Below, one piece after another: positions 1-12,059 of a stretch of DNA of 64,000 nt (position 1 is the stretch's first letter; each line of letters starts with the position of its first letter). The DNA comes from Mobula birostris. Taxonomy: Eukaryota. A model generated the notes under the pieces. The model was not told where the DNA came from and did no database searches. It saw only the letters and a program-made list of their open reading frames with translations. Both the position numbers and the translations under genes were made by a program. The stretch is taken from assembly GCF_030028105.1 (NCBI RefSeq), contig NC_092381.1, forward strand, positions 71,450,505 to 71,514,504, given 5' to 3'.

Positions 1-464
1 TTGTGGTATGTGGCTACTCTGTCAAATGAAGTTTCCTGGTCTTTAGAGAAGAGTCAAACTGCTCTTCATTGCATTTCCACCCTCCTATCTTGGTGAAAGA
101 GACTTCAGTGCAGTGAACCACAATATCACAAAAAAACAGAAACCGCTTGGACATTGTTATGCCTGGGGACTTTAGGCCACAACTTCAACCAGATATTTCA
201 ATTTTTGCTAAAAGTCATCAAGCTCAAGGATCACATTGATATCGAAGCTGCTGTACAGCGCACAGGTACTGTGTAAGCTAGGTTAAAGACAAATAAAGAT
301 TTAAAGCAGAATAATTTTCTCAGTTAGCATATGATAGACATATTTTTACACCATGGGGGCACTAGAAAGTATACTGTGCCCAAGAGGGGCATTGGCAAGT
401 ATGAGGGTACTTCAGGGGGGCGTTGGCAAGGGGGCTTGGGATTAAACAAGGTTGGGAAACACTG
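1..464 (+). mobile_element. 3' end of a degraded hAT (Charlie/Buster-type) DNA transposon
   Basis: Translates to ...VKLLFIAFPPSYLGERDFSAVNHNITK.., resembling the hAT C-terminal dimerisation motif. Ends in a Charlie-type terminus aaggttgggaaacactg. Confidence 0.65.
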
Positions 465-550
465 CTATACACCAAATCAAATGTTAGCACAATGTAAAAC
501 AGCTTGGGAGAAATCTTTCAAGTTTACTAGCATAGAACGGTTCAGTGGTT

Positions 551-1180
551 AGATTAGATTAGATTATGAGGACACTCAGTCCTTGTTTATTGTCATTTAG
601 AAATGCATGCATTAAAAAAATGATACAACGTTCCTCCAAAATAATATCACAAGAAACACAGGACAAACCGAGACTAAAACTGACAAAACCACGTAATTAT
701 AACATATAGTTACAACAGTGCAAAGCAATACCATAATTTGATAAAGAGCAGACCATGGGAACGGTAAAAAAAAAGTCTCAAAGTCCCGATAGCCTCATCA
801 TCTCACACAGACGGGAGAAGGGAGAAACTCTCCCTGCCATGAACCTCCAAGCGCCGCAAACTTGCTGATGCAGCACCACTGGAAGCACCCGACCGCAGCG
901 GACCCTGAGTCTGCCCGAAAACTTCGAGCCTCCGACACCGAGCACCATCCTCTGCCGAGCGCTTTGACCCTGCCCCGGCCGCCGAGCAACAGGCAAAGCC
1001 AAGGACTCAGGGCCTTCCCCTCCGGAGATTTCGGACCACACAGTTGCAGCAGCAGCAAAGCAGGCATTTCAGAAGTTTCACCAGATGTTCCTCTGTGCTC
1101 TCACTTCTGTCTCCATCAAATCAGGATTGTGCATGGCACCTTAAGGCAACATACTGAGTATAATACAAGTTTTTTTTAAA
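551..1180 (-). mobile_element. Non-autonomous retroposon with an (aatct)n 3' tail
   Basis: Minus strand ends in gacaataaac...cataatctaatctaatct, a LINE-type polyA signal plus microsatellite tail. The body is GC-rich with no coherent ORF. Confidence 0.4.
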
Positions 1181-1864
1181 AGAGAAAGCCTGAATGGCAC
1201 AATGTCTTAAGCACTGACTGCCCCACTAGCTTAGCATAACTGTACAGTCAATTGAGGTGATTTTAATTGTAAATTTAGGGAGCATTAGATCCAGACAGTT
1301 TAGTGACATGTAGCCAAGTACAGTAAAACCACCCAAAGTTCAGAACTATACAGTGGACTGCAATGCTGTTTGTGAATTTTGGCTGAGAAAGATCAGAGCT
1401 ACCAAGTATATTTCAAACTCACATAACCTAACCAACAAAGGTCCAAGTTGAGTTTATTGCCAAATGCACTAGTACACATATGCACAAGTGCAACCTAAAA
1501 CTTACTTGCAGCAGCAAAGAACATTGTTTTTTTTTTGTCTATCCTGATTATGATGCGAAGTTTTTACAATAAAACACATTAAAGACTTTAAATAATGGTT
1601 CATGGCAGTTCCATGCACAGCACAGTCTTACTTTCCAAGATGGAATATGATGTTTAAATCAAACTCTCAACTGAAAAAGGACACCAGCACACAAGAAGAC
1701 TACATATATATAGAAATTTAATTATTCATGGTACATGAGCATCACTGGCTACTCCCAGATTTAGCTACTTGCTGGCCATTTCAGAGGGAAATTCAAGAGC
1801 AAGAATATTATTGCATATCTGGAATTACATAAATCAGACTAGGCAAGGGTGGAAAATTTTAAAC

Positions 1865-2515
1865 CACAAGACACAAGCGCAGAATTGGGCCATTTTGACC
1901 CATCAAGTCTGTCTTGCCATTCCATCATAGCTGATTTATTTTCCCTATTTTTCCTTTAAATATACTCAATAACTTGGCTTCTACAACCATCTGTGTAAAT
2001 TAATTCCACAGATTCACCACGCTCGGGCTAAAGAAATTCATCCATACCTCTATTCTAAGAGGACATCCTTCTATTCTGAGGTTGCGTCCTATGGTCCTAA
2101 AGTCTCTACAGGAAACATCCTCTCCACATCCACTCTGGGTCTTTTAACATTTGGTAGGTTTCAATGAGACTCATACCCCTCATTCTTCCAAACTACAGCA
2201 AGTACAGGACCTAGAGCCATCAAACTTTTCCTGGAGTCATTCTCATAAACCTCCCCTGGATCCTTTCCTATGCCAGCACAACCTTTCTTGTACATAGATC
2301 CCAAAACTGCTCACAATACTCTAAATGCAGCCAAAGGATCCCTTAATAAAGCTTCATCATTATACTCACTCTTCCTTCAGTTAGTCCTGGCGAAGGGTCT
2401 CGGCCTGAAACGTCGACTGTATCTCTTCCTACAGATGCTGCCTGGCCTGCTGCGTTCACCAGCAACTTTGATGTGTGTTGTTCATCATTATATCCTTGCT
2501 TTCATAGCCTAGTCC
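1865..2515 (-). mobile_element. CR1 LINE 3' fragment
   Basis: Reverse complement of the CR1 3' end (gtggtgaatctgtggaatt etc.), homologous to 21600-21880. Interrupted by a Penelope piece. Confidence 0.75.
2365..2480 (+). mobile_element. Short Penelope terminal-repeat insertion with a 12-bp TSD
   Basis: Near-identical to 26194-26304. Flanked by ttcatcattata at 2353-2364 and 2481-2492. Confidence 0.85.
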
Positions 2516-2699
2516 TCAGGAGACCAAGTTATTGGATATATTTAAAGCAGAGGCTGATAGGTTCTTGATTATTAAAGATGTTAGAGGTTACGGGGAGAAG
2601 GCAGAAGAATGGAGTTGAGGGGAAAATAAATCAGCCACCATTGAAGGGCAGAACAGACTTGATAGGCTGAATGACCTAATTCTCCTCTCATGTCTAATA

Positions 2700-5265
2700 G
2701 TCTTAAAAATTTGAAAACGCTTTTGCTGTCCTCTTCTATATGGTTTGCTAGCTCCATTTCTCTCTTAATTTCTGTTTTTTTAAGAACTTCTCAATCTTTT
2801 AGCTTCCCACTAATTTTTGCGATATTGCAGGCCCTCTCTTTTGATTTTATGCTATCTCTGACTTTCCTTGTTAACCACAGTTGCCTCATCCACCCTTCAA
2901 ATGCTGCTTCTTCTTTGGGATGAACCAATCCTGCATCTTCTGAATTATTCCCAGAAACTCCAGCCATTGCTGCTCTACTGTTGTCCCTGCTAATGTCCCC
3001 TTCTAATAAACTTTGACCTACTCCTTTCAGATCAGAATCAGGTTTATTATCACCGGCATGTGTCATGAAATTTGTTAACTTAGCAGCAGCAGTTCAATGC
3101 AATACATAATACAGAAGGGAAAAAATAATAAATAAATTACAGTATACGTAAATTGAATAGATTAAAAATCGTGCAAAAAACAGAAATTATATATATTAAA
3201 AAAGTGAGGTAATGTTCAAGGGTTCAATGTCCATTTAGGAATCAGATGGCAGAGGGGAAGAAGCTGTTCCTGAATCGCTGAGTGTGTGCCTTCAGGCTTC
3301 TGTACCTCTTACCTGATGGTAACAGTGAGACAAAGGCATGCCCTGGGTGCTGGAGGTCCTTAATAATTCTGAGAGCGATGCCTTTCTGAGACACCACTCC
3401 TTGAAGATGTCCTGGGTACTTTGCAGGCTAGTCCCAAGATGGAGCCGACTAAATTTACAACCATCCGCAGCTTCTTTCGGTCCTGTGCAGCAGCACACCC
3501 CTCCCCCCCAATACCAGACAGTGATGTCAGAATGTTAGAATGTTTTCGAGTGTATTTGTTGACATACCAAATCTCTTCAAACTCCTAATGAAGTATAGTC
3601 ACTGTCTTGCCTTCTTTATACCTACATCGATATGTTGGGACCAGGTTAGGTCCTCAGAGATCTTGACACCCAGGAACTTGAAACTGCTCACACTCTCCAC
3701 TTATGATCCCTCTATGAGGACTGGTATGTGTTCCTTCATCTTACCCTTCCTGAAGTCCAGAATCAGCTCTTTTGTCTTACTGACATTCAGTGCCAGGTTG
3801 TTGCTGTGACACCACTCCACTAGTTGGCATATCTCACCACCATCTGAGATTCTACCAACAATGGTTGTATCATCAGCAAATTTATAGATGATATTTGAGC
3901 TACGCTTAGCCACACAGTCATGCGTATACAGTAGAGTAGTGGGCTGAGCACACACCCCTGAGGTGCACCAATGTTGATCATCAGCAAGGAGAGGTTATCA
4001 CCAATCTGCACAGACTGTGGTCTTCCAGTTAGGAAGTCGAGGATCCAATTACAGAAGGAGGTACAGGGGCCCAGGTTCTATAACTTCTCAATCAGAATTA
4101 TGGGAATGATGGTATTAAATGCTGAACTATAGTAGATGAACAGCATCCTGAAATAGGTGTTTGTGTTGTCCAGGTGGTCTAAGGCCATGTGGAGAGCCAT
4201 TGAGATTGCATCTGCCATTGACCTATTGTGGCAATAGGCAAATTGCAATGGGTCCAGGTCCTTGCTGAGGCAAGAGTTTAGTCTAGTCATGACCAACCTC
4301 TCAAAGCATTTCATCACTGTAGACGTGAGTGCTACTGGGCAATAGTCATTAAGGCAACTTACATTATTCTTCTTAGGCACTGGTATAATTGTTGCTTTTT
4401 TGAAGCAACTGGGAACTTCAGCCCGCAGCAGTGAGAGGTTGAAAATGTCCTCGAATACTCCCGCCGGTTGGTTGGCATAGGTTTTCAAAATCTTACCAGG
4501 TATTCCAACTGGACCTTCCGTCTTGCAAGGGTTCACTCTCTTTAAAGACAGCCTAGCATCGGCTTCTGAGACAGAGATCACAGGATCATCAACTGCAGCA
4601 GGGATCGTCACAGTTGTAGTTATATTCTCCCTTTCAAAGTGGGTATAGAAGGCGTTGAGTTCATTTGGTAGTTAACTTTGTTAACTTCTCTGTAGTTAAC
4701 TTTACTATAATACCAATAACATCCCATTTTATCTACTCTCTCTCCAACTGCAGGGTGAATTATATCATAATATGATCACTGCCTATGTGTTTCTTTACAT
4801 TAAATTCTCTAATCAAATCTGGTTCATTACACAACACCCAATCTAGAATTGCCTTTTCCCAAGTGTGGTCAACCATAATCTGCTCTAAAAGCCATCCCAT
4901 AGGTATTCTATAAATTCCTTCTCTCAGGATCCAGTACCCACATGATTTTCCCAATCTACCTGTATATTGAAATCCCTCATAACCATCATAACATTGCTCT
5001 TTTTGTTTTTACAAGCCTTTTCTAGCTTCCACTGTAATTTGTATGCCACACCCTGGCTATTGTTCTGAGGCCTTTATGTAACTCACAACATGGTTTTTTT
5101 TTAACCCTTCCAGCTTCTCCCCAACTCTACCCACAAGATTTCTACATCTTTTAATCTTATGTCACTTCTTCCTAAAGATTTTATTTCATTTTTTAACAAA
5201 ACCACCCAACCGCCTCTACCTATCTACATGTCCTTTCAATACAACGTGTATCCTTGGATGTTATT
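2700..5265 (-). mobile_element. Degraded CR1 ORF2 (endonuclease/linker region), split by a Rex1 insertion
   Basis: ORFs include LWLTRKVRDSIKSKERACNIAKISGKLKD and AILDWVLCNEPDLIRE, homologous to 26808-27305. Confidence 0.75.
3027..4672 (-). mobile_element. Rex1/Babar-type LINE, 5'-truncated and degraded
   Basis: RT segments LAGVF-like PAGVFEDIFNLSL...PVALTSTVMKCFERLV...[22 protein letters not shown] and [12 protein letters not shown]. 3' tail aataaacctgattctgat. Confidence 0.85.
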
Positions 5266-5702
5266 TTGACATTTTTTTTTACCTTAGTCCTGAGAAAAGG
5301 TTGAGATATACCGCAGGCTCATTTCTGCACAAATGACACTGGACATTAATGTTTAATAGTTGGTTTGTCTTCACATTTATTTATTTAGAAAAATAGCACA
5401 GGACAGGCCTTTTGGGCCCAACAAACTGCAGCCCCCCCCCCCCAGCAACCCACTGGGGGGGGGGGGTGTACAATGACCAACATCTTCAATTATTGCATGG
5501 ATCCACAACCTCCGCTTTTGTTTTCAAGTATTTCCACCCGAGGATAAAATCCACAGGTTTCCATGCATACCTGACAAGTGTAATTGCTTTCTCAGTCGTA
5601 AAATATTTCTTATTCCATTACATATACACCTCATGTACATTACAAACTTGACAATATCCAATACAATCAATCCCGCCTCATCTCAGCCCTCCCGCAACCC
5701 TA

Positions 5703-6052
5703 GCAATGTGGAGTTGTATCACCTAAAACATAGACAATGTGGAGCTGTATCACCTAAAACATAGACAATGTGGAGCTGTATCACCTAAAACATAGACAAT
5801 GTGGAACCGTATCACCTAAAACATAGACAATGTGGAGTTGTATCACCTAAAACATAGACAATGTGGAGCTGCATCACCTAAAACATAGACAATGTGGAAC
5901 TGTATCACCTAAAACATAGACAATGTGGAACCGTATCACCTAAAACATAGACAATGTGGAGTTGTATCACCTAAAACATAGACAATGTGGAGTTGTATCA
6001 CCTAAAACATAGACAATGCGGAACCGTATCACCTAAAACATAGACAATGTGG
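5703..6052. repeat. 31-bp minisatellite, 11 full copies plus a partial copy
   Basis: Unit acaatgtgga(g/a)(t/c)(t/c)gtatcacctaaaacatag recurs at 5703, 5734, ... 6013, with a partial at 6044. Confidence 0.95.
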
Positions 6053-7389
6053 ACAATGTGAAACATAGAAGACTATAGCACAGGAACAGGCCATTTGGCC
6101 CAGTGTTGTGCCAAACCAGCTGAAAAGCAAATCAAAAACACCCAAACACTCTCTCTCCTACCTACACCATTAGACTTCTAATTTCAGAACTCCATTTTTC
6201 TGAAGAATTGTTTCACACAATAAACCCAGTAGTTTCAAAATTTTGTAGAACTATCTACTTGATGCATTATATTAATTCTCTAAATCAGCAGTCAACACTA
6301 TCAATGTAGAATATCTGCAAAATATATTTTACTGGGTAAGTCTGTTGCTGAGAATTCAATAAATGATAAATAAAATCTCCCTTATACTAAATGAAGCTGC
6401 TGTTTTTCTAAATTGAATTGTCTCTAAAAAGCAAACTATTTTCAAATCAAAGAAATCATTACTAATTTTAAAACCAAAAACAAACATTTGTTACTAGTGA
6501 CTTTTTTCTACAAAGCCCAAATATGGATCTCAGCCTTTCACCTTAATTTCCCCAATGTGACATCACAATGAGAACAATGCTACAAAATACCTTCAATTTT
6601 CAACTATTTAACCACAGAAACAGGCAACATAAATACTATTCTACAGGTTTTGCCAGCTGTTTGATCAAGTTCAAAATCATCACTATTAATGCTTAAACAC
6701 AAATCTCACTTCAAAATTCAATTTAAAGCCAAAGTTATGGTTAACCGGGTTTCTGATACCTATGACTTACTTTAGAGATCTCCAGATAAAACCAATAAGA
6801 AATTCTCATATGCAAGAGCTTCTCCTGGTCACTGATACATGCTTACTCTGCAGGATTGCATCCCAATTCCCAAAACCAGAATCAAGAAACAGGTTGGCAT
6901 AATCTCCACAATCAGGTTGGCGTAATCAGCATAATCAACTATAACCATAAATTTTCTCTCAAGAGACTGGAACAATAACTGCATAAGCAATCTCAGAAAA
7001 TGCTGCAGGAATCAAATTACAGATTGTAATAGTTTGACCAGCTTTCCCCCATAAAAAAAATCCAGCAATGTAAAGAGTAAGGTCAAATATTTTCTAATTT
7101 ATGGTAAATAATCCAGACCTCCATTATCCAAATCTGCCTTAAAAAATTGATGACATTTCCAGCAGATCATTGCAGATTGGTTAAATATCATTCAAAACCA
7201 CACTTTCAATTTAAATCAATTTCTATTACCTCCGGCTCGATACTTTCAAGATAGTTGCCAGAAAACTTACATTTTAGATGGTAATGATTAAGATCCCAAA
7301 TATACTTTTCCTGCACCGTTCTCGTGATTTACAACCCAGTAACTTCATGATTCAATTGTTCAAAGTTATTTCTATAGAATACAGAATTT

Positions 7390-8070
7390 AATTTGCAGGT
7401 TGAGTCAGTGGCAAGGAAGCCAAATGCAATATTAGCATTCATTTTGAGAGGACCTGAATACAATTGCAAGTACGTAATGCTGAGGGTTTATATGGCATTG
7501 GTCAGACTACACTTGGATTATAGAGAGTTGTTTTGGTCCCCTTATCTAAGAAAGGATGTGCTAGCATTGAAGAAATTCCAGTCCAGAAGAGGTTGACGAA
7601 GATGATCCTAGGAATGAAAAGTTTAACATATGAGGAGTTTTTGATGGCTCTATGCCTGTACTCACTGGAGTTCATCAGAATTAAGGGGATCTTATTGAAA
7701 CCTATCGAATATTGAATTGGAAGGTCTGGATAGAGTGGATGTGGAGGCGCTGTTTCCTATAGTGGGGGTGTCTAGGACCATAGGGCAGCCTCGGAATACG
7801 TCCGTTTAGAACGGAGATGAGGAAAAATTTATTTAACCAGAGGGTGGTGAATCTGTGGAATTCTTTGCCCCAGACGGCTGTGGAGGCCAAGTCATTAGGT
7901 ATATTTAAGGTGGAGATTGATAGGTTTTTGATTAATCAGGGCGTCATAGGTTACTGGGAAAGGGCAGGAGAATGGGGTTGAGAGGGATAATAAATCAAAA
8001 CAGCCATGATGGAATACAGAGAAAACTCGACGGGCCGAACGGTCTAATTTGCTCCAAGGTCTTATGGTCT
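7390..8070 (+). mobile_element. CR1 LINE 3' fragment
   Basis: QVESVARKPNAILAFI..LVRLHLDY..FWSPYLRKD, followed by the CR1 3'UTR ending tcttatggtct. Confidence 0.85.
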
Positions 8071-8241
8071 AATATGTGAGCTTTTTAACAAAATTCACAG
8101 GATTCACCAATTTAGATATCTGAAATGAATAATACACATCAGTTACTCAAAAAAGACTGCGTTATTAAAGTAAAATAATGAGCAGCTTCAAGCCTCAGAA
8201 CAACAAGGTTTTACATAAAAATACCAGCCGGCCAGCCCTAC

Positions 8242-8427
8242 CTTCGGATAAGTGTGCAGCGTATAGGTCATCTCACAGGACTTCTGACACGACGATGTAT
8301 CTCCCAAAACAGCATCGAACGCGTCGGAAGCCAGCGACACATTACTGAAAGACAGAGCCAATATCGAGACCAAAGCAAAGCCGAAGACCGACCCGCAGCG
8401 ACTAGTACCGCCCGCCGCCACCGCCAT
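8242..8427 (-). CDS. TMEM59: Transmembrane protein 59, coding exon 1 (later exons not found in this window)
   Basis: MAVAAGG..signal peptide..SDAFDAVLGDTSSCQKSCEMTYTLHTYPK matches the TMEM59 N-terminus (AFDSVLGDTASCHRACQLTYPLHTYPK). Phase-0 donor GTAGGG at 8241. Syntenic with TCEANC2 and CDCP2. Confidence 0.93.
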
Positions 8428-8763
8428 CTTCCGCCTGTTTGTTGTGATCCACAATCCCTTACCTCACCGCGCGTACCTCACTGCCATCGGTTTTACTACA
8501 ACTTTCATCTTACATCTGATCCTACAGATTTACTGTACAAATTTACCGCAGTTAGGTTTGTGTTAGATGTAAATATTATGTTTTTTAAAAAAATACTTCC
8601 AGCTGCTGGCGCAAGGGTGGCTGGGACTTGTAGTTGCCAGCTGTTTGCGTAGTTGCCTGAAGGCAGGCCGCGGTAGGACACTGGCCGGAGTGGGCTTGTC
8701 GTGTCGTATTCCGTAACCAAGAACGGGAGTGCTTCGTCCTGTGCCCTGAGCTTGGGGTCATCC
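8428..8763. promoter_or_regulatory. Bidirectional promoter between TMEM59 and TCEANC2
   Basis: Divergent ATGs separated by 336 bp with CpG-rich flanks. ZNF143/THAP11-type motif ACTACAAGTCCCAGC on the minus strand at 8620-8634. YY1 motif CCGCCATCTT at 8421-8430. Confidence 0.8.
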
Positions 8764-8847
8764 ATGGATCGGTTCATAGTGCGGGGCTGCGCGGCGAGCC
8801 CGGCACAGCCCAAGGTTTACCGTCAGACTACTCTGGAGTCTTTGAAG
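8764..8847 (+). CDS. TCEANC2: Transcription elongation factor A N-terminal and central domain-containing protein 2, coding exon 1
   Basis: MDRFIVRG...KVYRQTTLESLK (human MDKFVIR...KVYKQATIESLK). Donor GTAGAG, phase 0. Confidence 0.9.
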
Positions 8848-9457
8848 GTAGAGAATTTCCCCATTGTGGAGGGGTTTCCGGAGTTCACTTGAAACTGTGG
8901 ATTAAGGGCATTCGAGATGTTTTTGTTCTGTTTACTACCTGTTCTAATCACATTTCCCAGTAAACCTTTGCTCATTTCTAAAGACACAAAGCTATCAGTC
9001 CCATCAGTTCCAATCTCCCATTGTTTCGCTGAGGCCCTCCAAATCACTAACAATCCCTCTCTCTCCCCCCTCTGGAAGTCAAGATTGAACCCAGGTCACT
9101 GAAAGTGTGGGGCTGTACTCCCTGCAAAGAAGGCAAAGTAATTCATGGTCAGTCAAAAGTTTCCTTTTTGTTTTTGTTTTGGTTAAAATGACAATTTAGG
9201 AGGGTCTGTCGAGTTATAAGAGTTAATTATTGTTACAGAGTAATTACTTTTATACAGCATTCTAGAAGAAGAGTATAAGTGATCCAAATGTCTGGCATGG
9301 ATGAAGATTGAAATTAGTAGTACTATGGAGAGGAGGAACAGTTATACGTGGGTGCAGACATTGGGAGAAGGAACATTGGCTATCCACAGTTAAAAGTGGC
9401 GTGGGAGAAAAGCAACAGGATTTTTCCTGAATGGAAGTGCTCCGGACAGACTCGAGA

Positions 9458-9538
9458 GGGTAGCACGGTAGCGCAGCGGTTAGCGCGCCGCTCTTGCAGC
9501 GCGGTGTGTTTCGGAGTTCCAATTCCAGTAAGGAATTC
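9458..9538 (+). mobile_element. tRNA-derived SINE 5' part (continues at ~12060-12230 after the hAT insertion)
   Basis: ggtagcacggtagcgcagcggttagc..ggagttccaattcc contains A/B-box-like motifs. The body ctgtacc..gcatgggtttcctc..caaaggcatacc resumes at 12061. Confidence 0.6.
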
Positions 9539-12059
9539 CAGGGTTGCCAGATTGAAATTTTAATTTAAAGCCAAACAATACTTTTTAAAAAGCCAGATAA
9601 AAGCCCACTATTTTCCCCATACTCACAACACAAGAAAAGCTCCAGATCCAGGTTATTACTATCCTCTTCACTGAAATCAGTGGAACATACGGCATAAACC
9701 TTGTCCGATGTGAAGTTTTTTTTTAGCATTTCTGGAGATGCAGTAAAGTCTTTGCAACATTTGCTTGAAAGCAATACTTCTGTCCTCATTCTCACAATAC
9801 CATCAAGAAGATTCAGCTGCATTCTGTTTCTTGCCTTCCTTTTAACGGAGGATACAAGAGAAAATATCCTCTCAACTGCAGCATTGCCGACAGGGGTTAT
9901 TAGACAAGTAAGGGCAAAGGTGGCGACCTCTTTAAATGCCTGATGCTGAAGTACACCAAGCCAAAACTCTTCAGTGTCTGTCGAGAGTCCATCTTTCTTA
10001 AATGGAGCTGCTTCTTTCCAATCCACAAAAGGCATTTTTCTCTATTCTTCTTCAATTGTGCTGACGTTGTTTCCTGCAAGGTGTATAAAGGGTAACTTGG
10101 AATACATGGGCCTTGAAGCTTGATTTAAAATTATCACATGGCTCAATTTTGATAAACTTGCAAATGTATCTCCCGCTGACGCAAGTCTACATGTAACTTG
10201 ACTCAGAGCTTCTTCTAGCATAGACATACATCTTTCTTCGACATTTTTTATTTCTAGATGGGCCTCAGCACTCTTCTTCTGCTGTAGGAACTTATCACAT
10301 GCTGTTAAGAATTTGATACAAAATCAACTTCATTAATATTTTTTTCTGTATTGGCATCATACAGTCTGATCTGAAGATTCTTCTGGTGTAAGAATATTTG
10401 TTGCTACATTTCATGAGGATCAGCTTTGGTTTGCTGAAAAAGGCTGTTCAGTCTTTCAAATTCCTGCACAACAGGTGTTGCAAACTCAAAGAACAAGTTT
10501 TTGTAGTCTGACAACATTTCCTTTAGGAGTCTTGCTTTGAATTTTGTATCAAACTTTCAGCAGAAGTGAAATAAGCCCTTAGCTCTTCCCAGTTCATCAA
10601 AATATTAAGCATGACCTTTCCACACACAAGCCACTGAGTAGACGCAGGCTTTTCAAGGGGGAGGGGGGCAGTTAGGGTTAGCTCAAATTCTGTAGCTGTG
10701 TTCATCACTCTAAACAATTCTTTGTATGCTTCCTGTCTTAATTCACTATGGCAAAACCAATTGGGTATTTCTGACAGTGAAAATCCAATACTTGATGGTA
10801 GCTTGGATACTGCATATTGAATGCACAGTGCCAGCGAATGACAGATACATTTGAGTTGCACACAGAAAGGAGACACATCTTTTAGTCTAGACCACACGGA
10901 GTTGTTGCACCCAACCATGTTTGATGCACCATCCGATGCAAAACCAATGCAATTTGCAAGACCCTGGCCACATCTTTTGATTTCCTTGTCAATCAAATTG
11001 AATATGTTTTTTCCTATAGCCTCTTGCACCGGAATTAAACCTAGAAATCCACTTACAATTTCCTTTGTCCTATCACTTAAAAATCGACAAATACGCAAGT
11101 GTTTTTGTGTTGAAGTGTCAGTAGATTCATCTACAAACAATATAATGATGGCATATTTCTTATTCCGAAAGTCATCAATGAGATCAGTTTTCAGTGCAGG
11201 CGAAATGATATTTTTGGTTAAGCATGCACATTTAGTTTTATGTAACTTTATGTGCTCCAGTGTGCTCCCATGCCCATGTGCTATCATGACTTCACTCAGG
11301 TGGTCAACTGTACGTATCGCACAATGGCAGGTCATGCTTACAGCAATTTGCAGCTCTGCTGCCTTAACCTTATCATTATCATGCCTAGGAGTCTTTGTTA
11401 CATTAAGTTGTGTCTGGCCTTTTGATCGAGTCCTCCGCTTGTGTTTCTCCGATTTTTCATGATCTGAAAGGTTGCTAGCTCTTGGTACAATGGTGCTGTG
11501 GCACAATTTACAATAAGCTGCCTCCAATCCATCAGCAGCCTTTTGGACCCATACAAGTGTTTCGTCCCATTTGCTATTGTACTTACGATTGCTATCATAA
11601 GAAGCTTTCCATTTCTTTAACGACATGGTCATGGGTGTTGATAATAAATGATTTATGAAAACAGCCGAAGGCATCACAGTTTCACCACAAAATGTTATTA
11701 TGTATAGAAAGTACACTTCACGTTCGATTTGTATGATTATAAATCACATCCGAAAACTTCGGAGCTCCAAGAGAAACTGCACTCGCCCGGGCGGGTTGGC
11801 ACGTGATCGTGTTGCCGACTTGCTGGTTGGCCGCTTCTTGCCCAGACTCTTGGCAGAAATATTGCCAAATGTAACTGACCAAAAAACATTTTTCTGAAAG
11901 GAAAATGTTTTAGAAAAAGGATGTGTGTAATTTTTGTGCAGATAATCTTAGCATGTAGAAAAGCCCAAAAAAGTCAAATGATATTTCTGGTGCTAACCAG
12001 ATTAGGAAGAAGCCAGCTTTCTGGAATTTGGCACCAAAAAAGCCAATCTGGTAACCCTG
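9539..12059 (-). mobile_element. Near full-length hAT DNA transposon (Blackjack/ZNF862-like) with a frameshifted transposase
   Basis: 16-bp TIRs cagggttgccagattg / caatctggtaaccctg. ORF 10523-11632 has a CKLC..H..H zinc finger, DESTD, SDGASNM and CICHSLAL. ORF 9565-10035 has the hAT dimerisation motif NAAVERIFSLV..KRKARNRM. Confidence 0.92.

Noticed and set aside
5703-6052. CRISPR-like array
   Set aside because: The units are contiguous 31-mers with no unique spacers, there are no cas genes, and the context is eukaryotic.
1-8240. TMEM59 exon 2 (EEELYACQRGCRLF-like)
   Set aside because: Not found by eye on the minus strand, so it probably lies beyond the window start.
8428-8454. Upstream GTG start for TMEM59 given by the ORF track
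   Set aside because: The ATG at 8427 has a strong context (AAGATGG) and gives a normal signal peptide.
9458-9530. tRNA gene
   Set aside because: Only degenerate A/B boxes followed by a SINE body, with no cloverleaf.
10851-11462. Long antisense ORFs (also 20689-21093, 37594-38106, 39508-39924, 61492-61878)
   Set aside because: Shadow frames opposite transposon coding sequence with no independent motifs.
10523-11716. Domesticated ZBED/ZNF862-like host gene
   Set aside because: TIRs are retained and the transposase is broken by frameshifts and stops before the catalytic C-terminal part.
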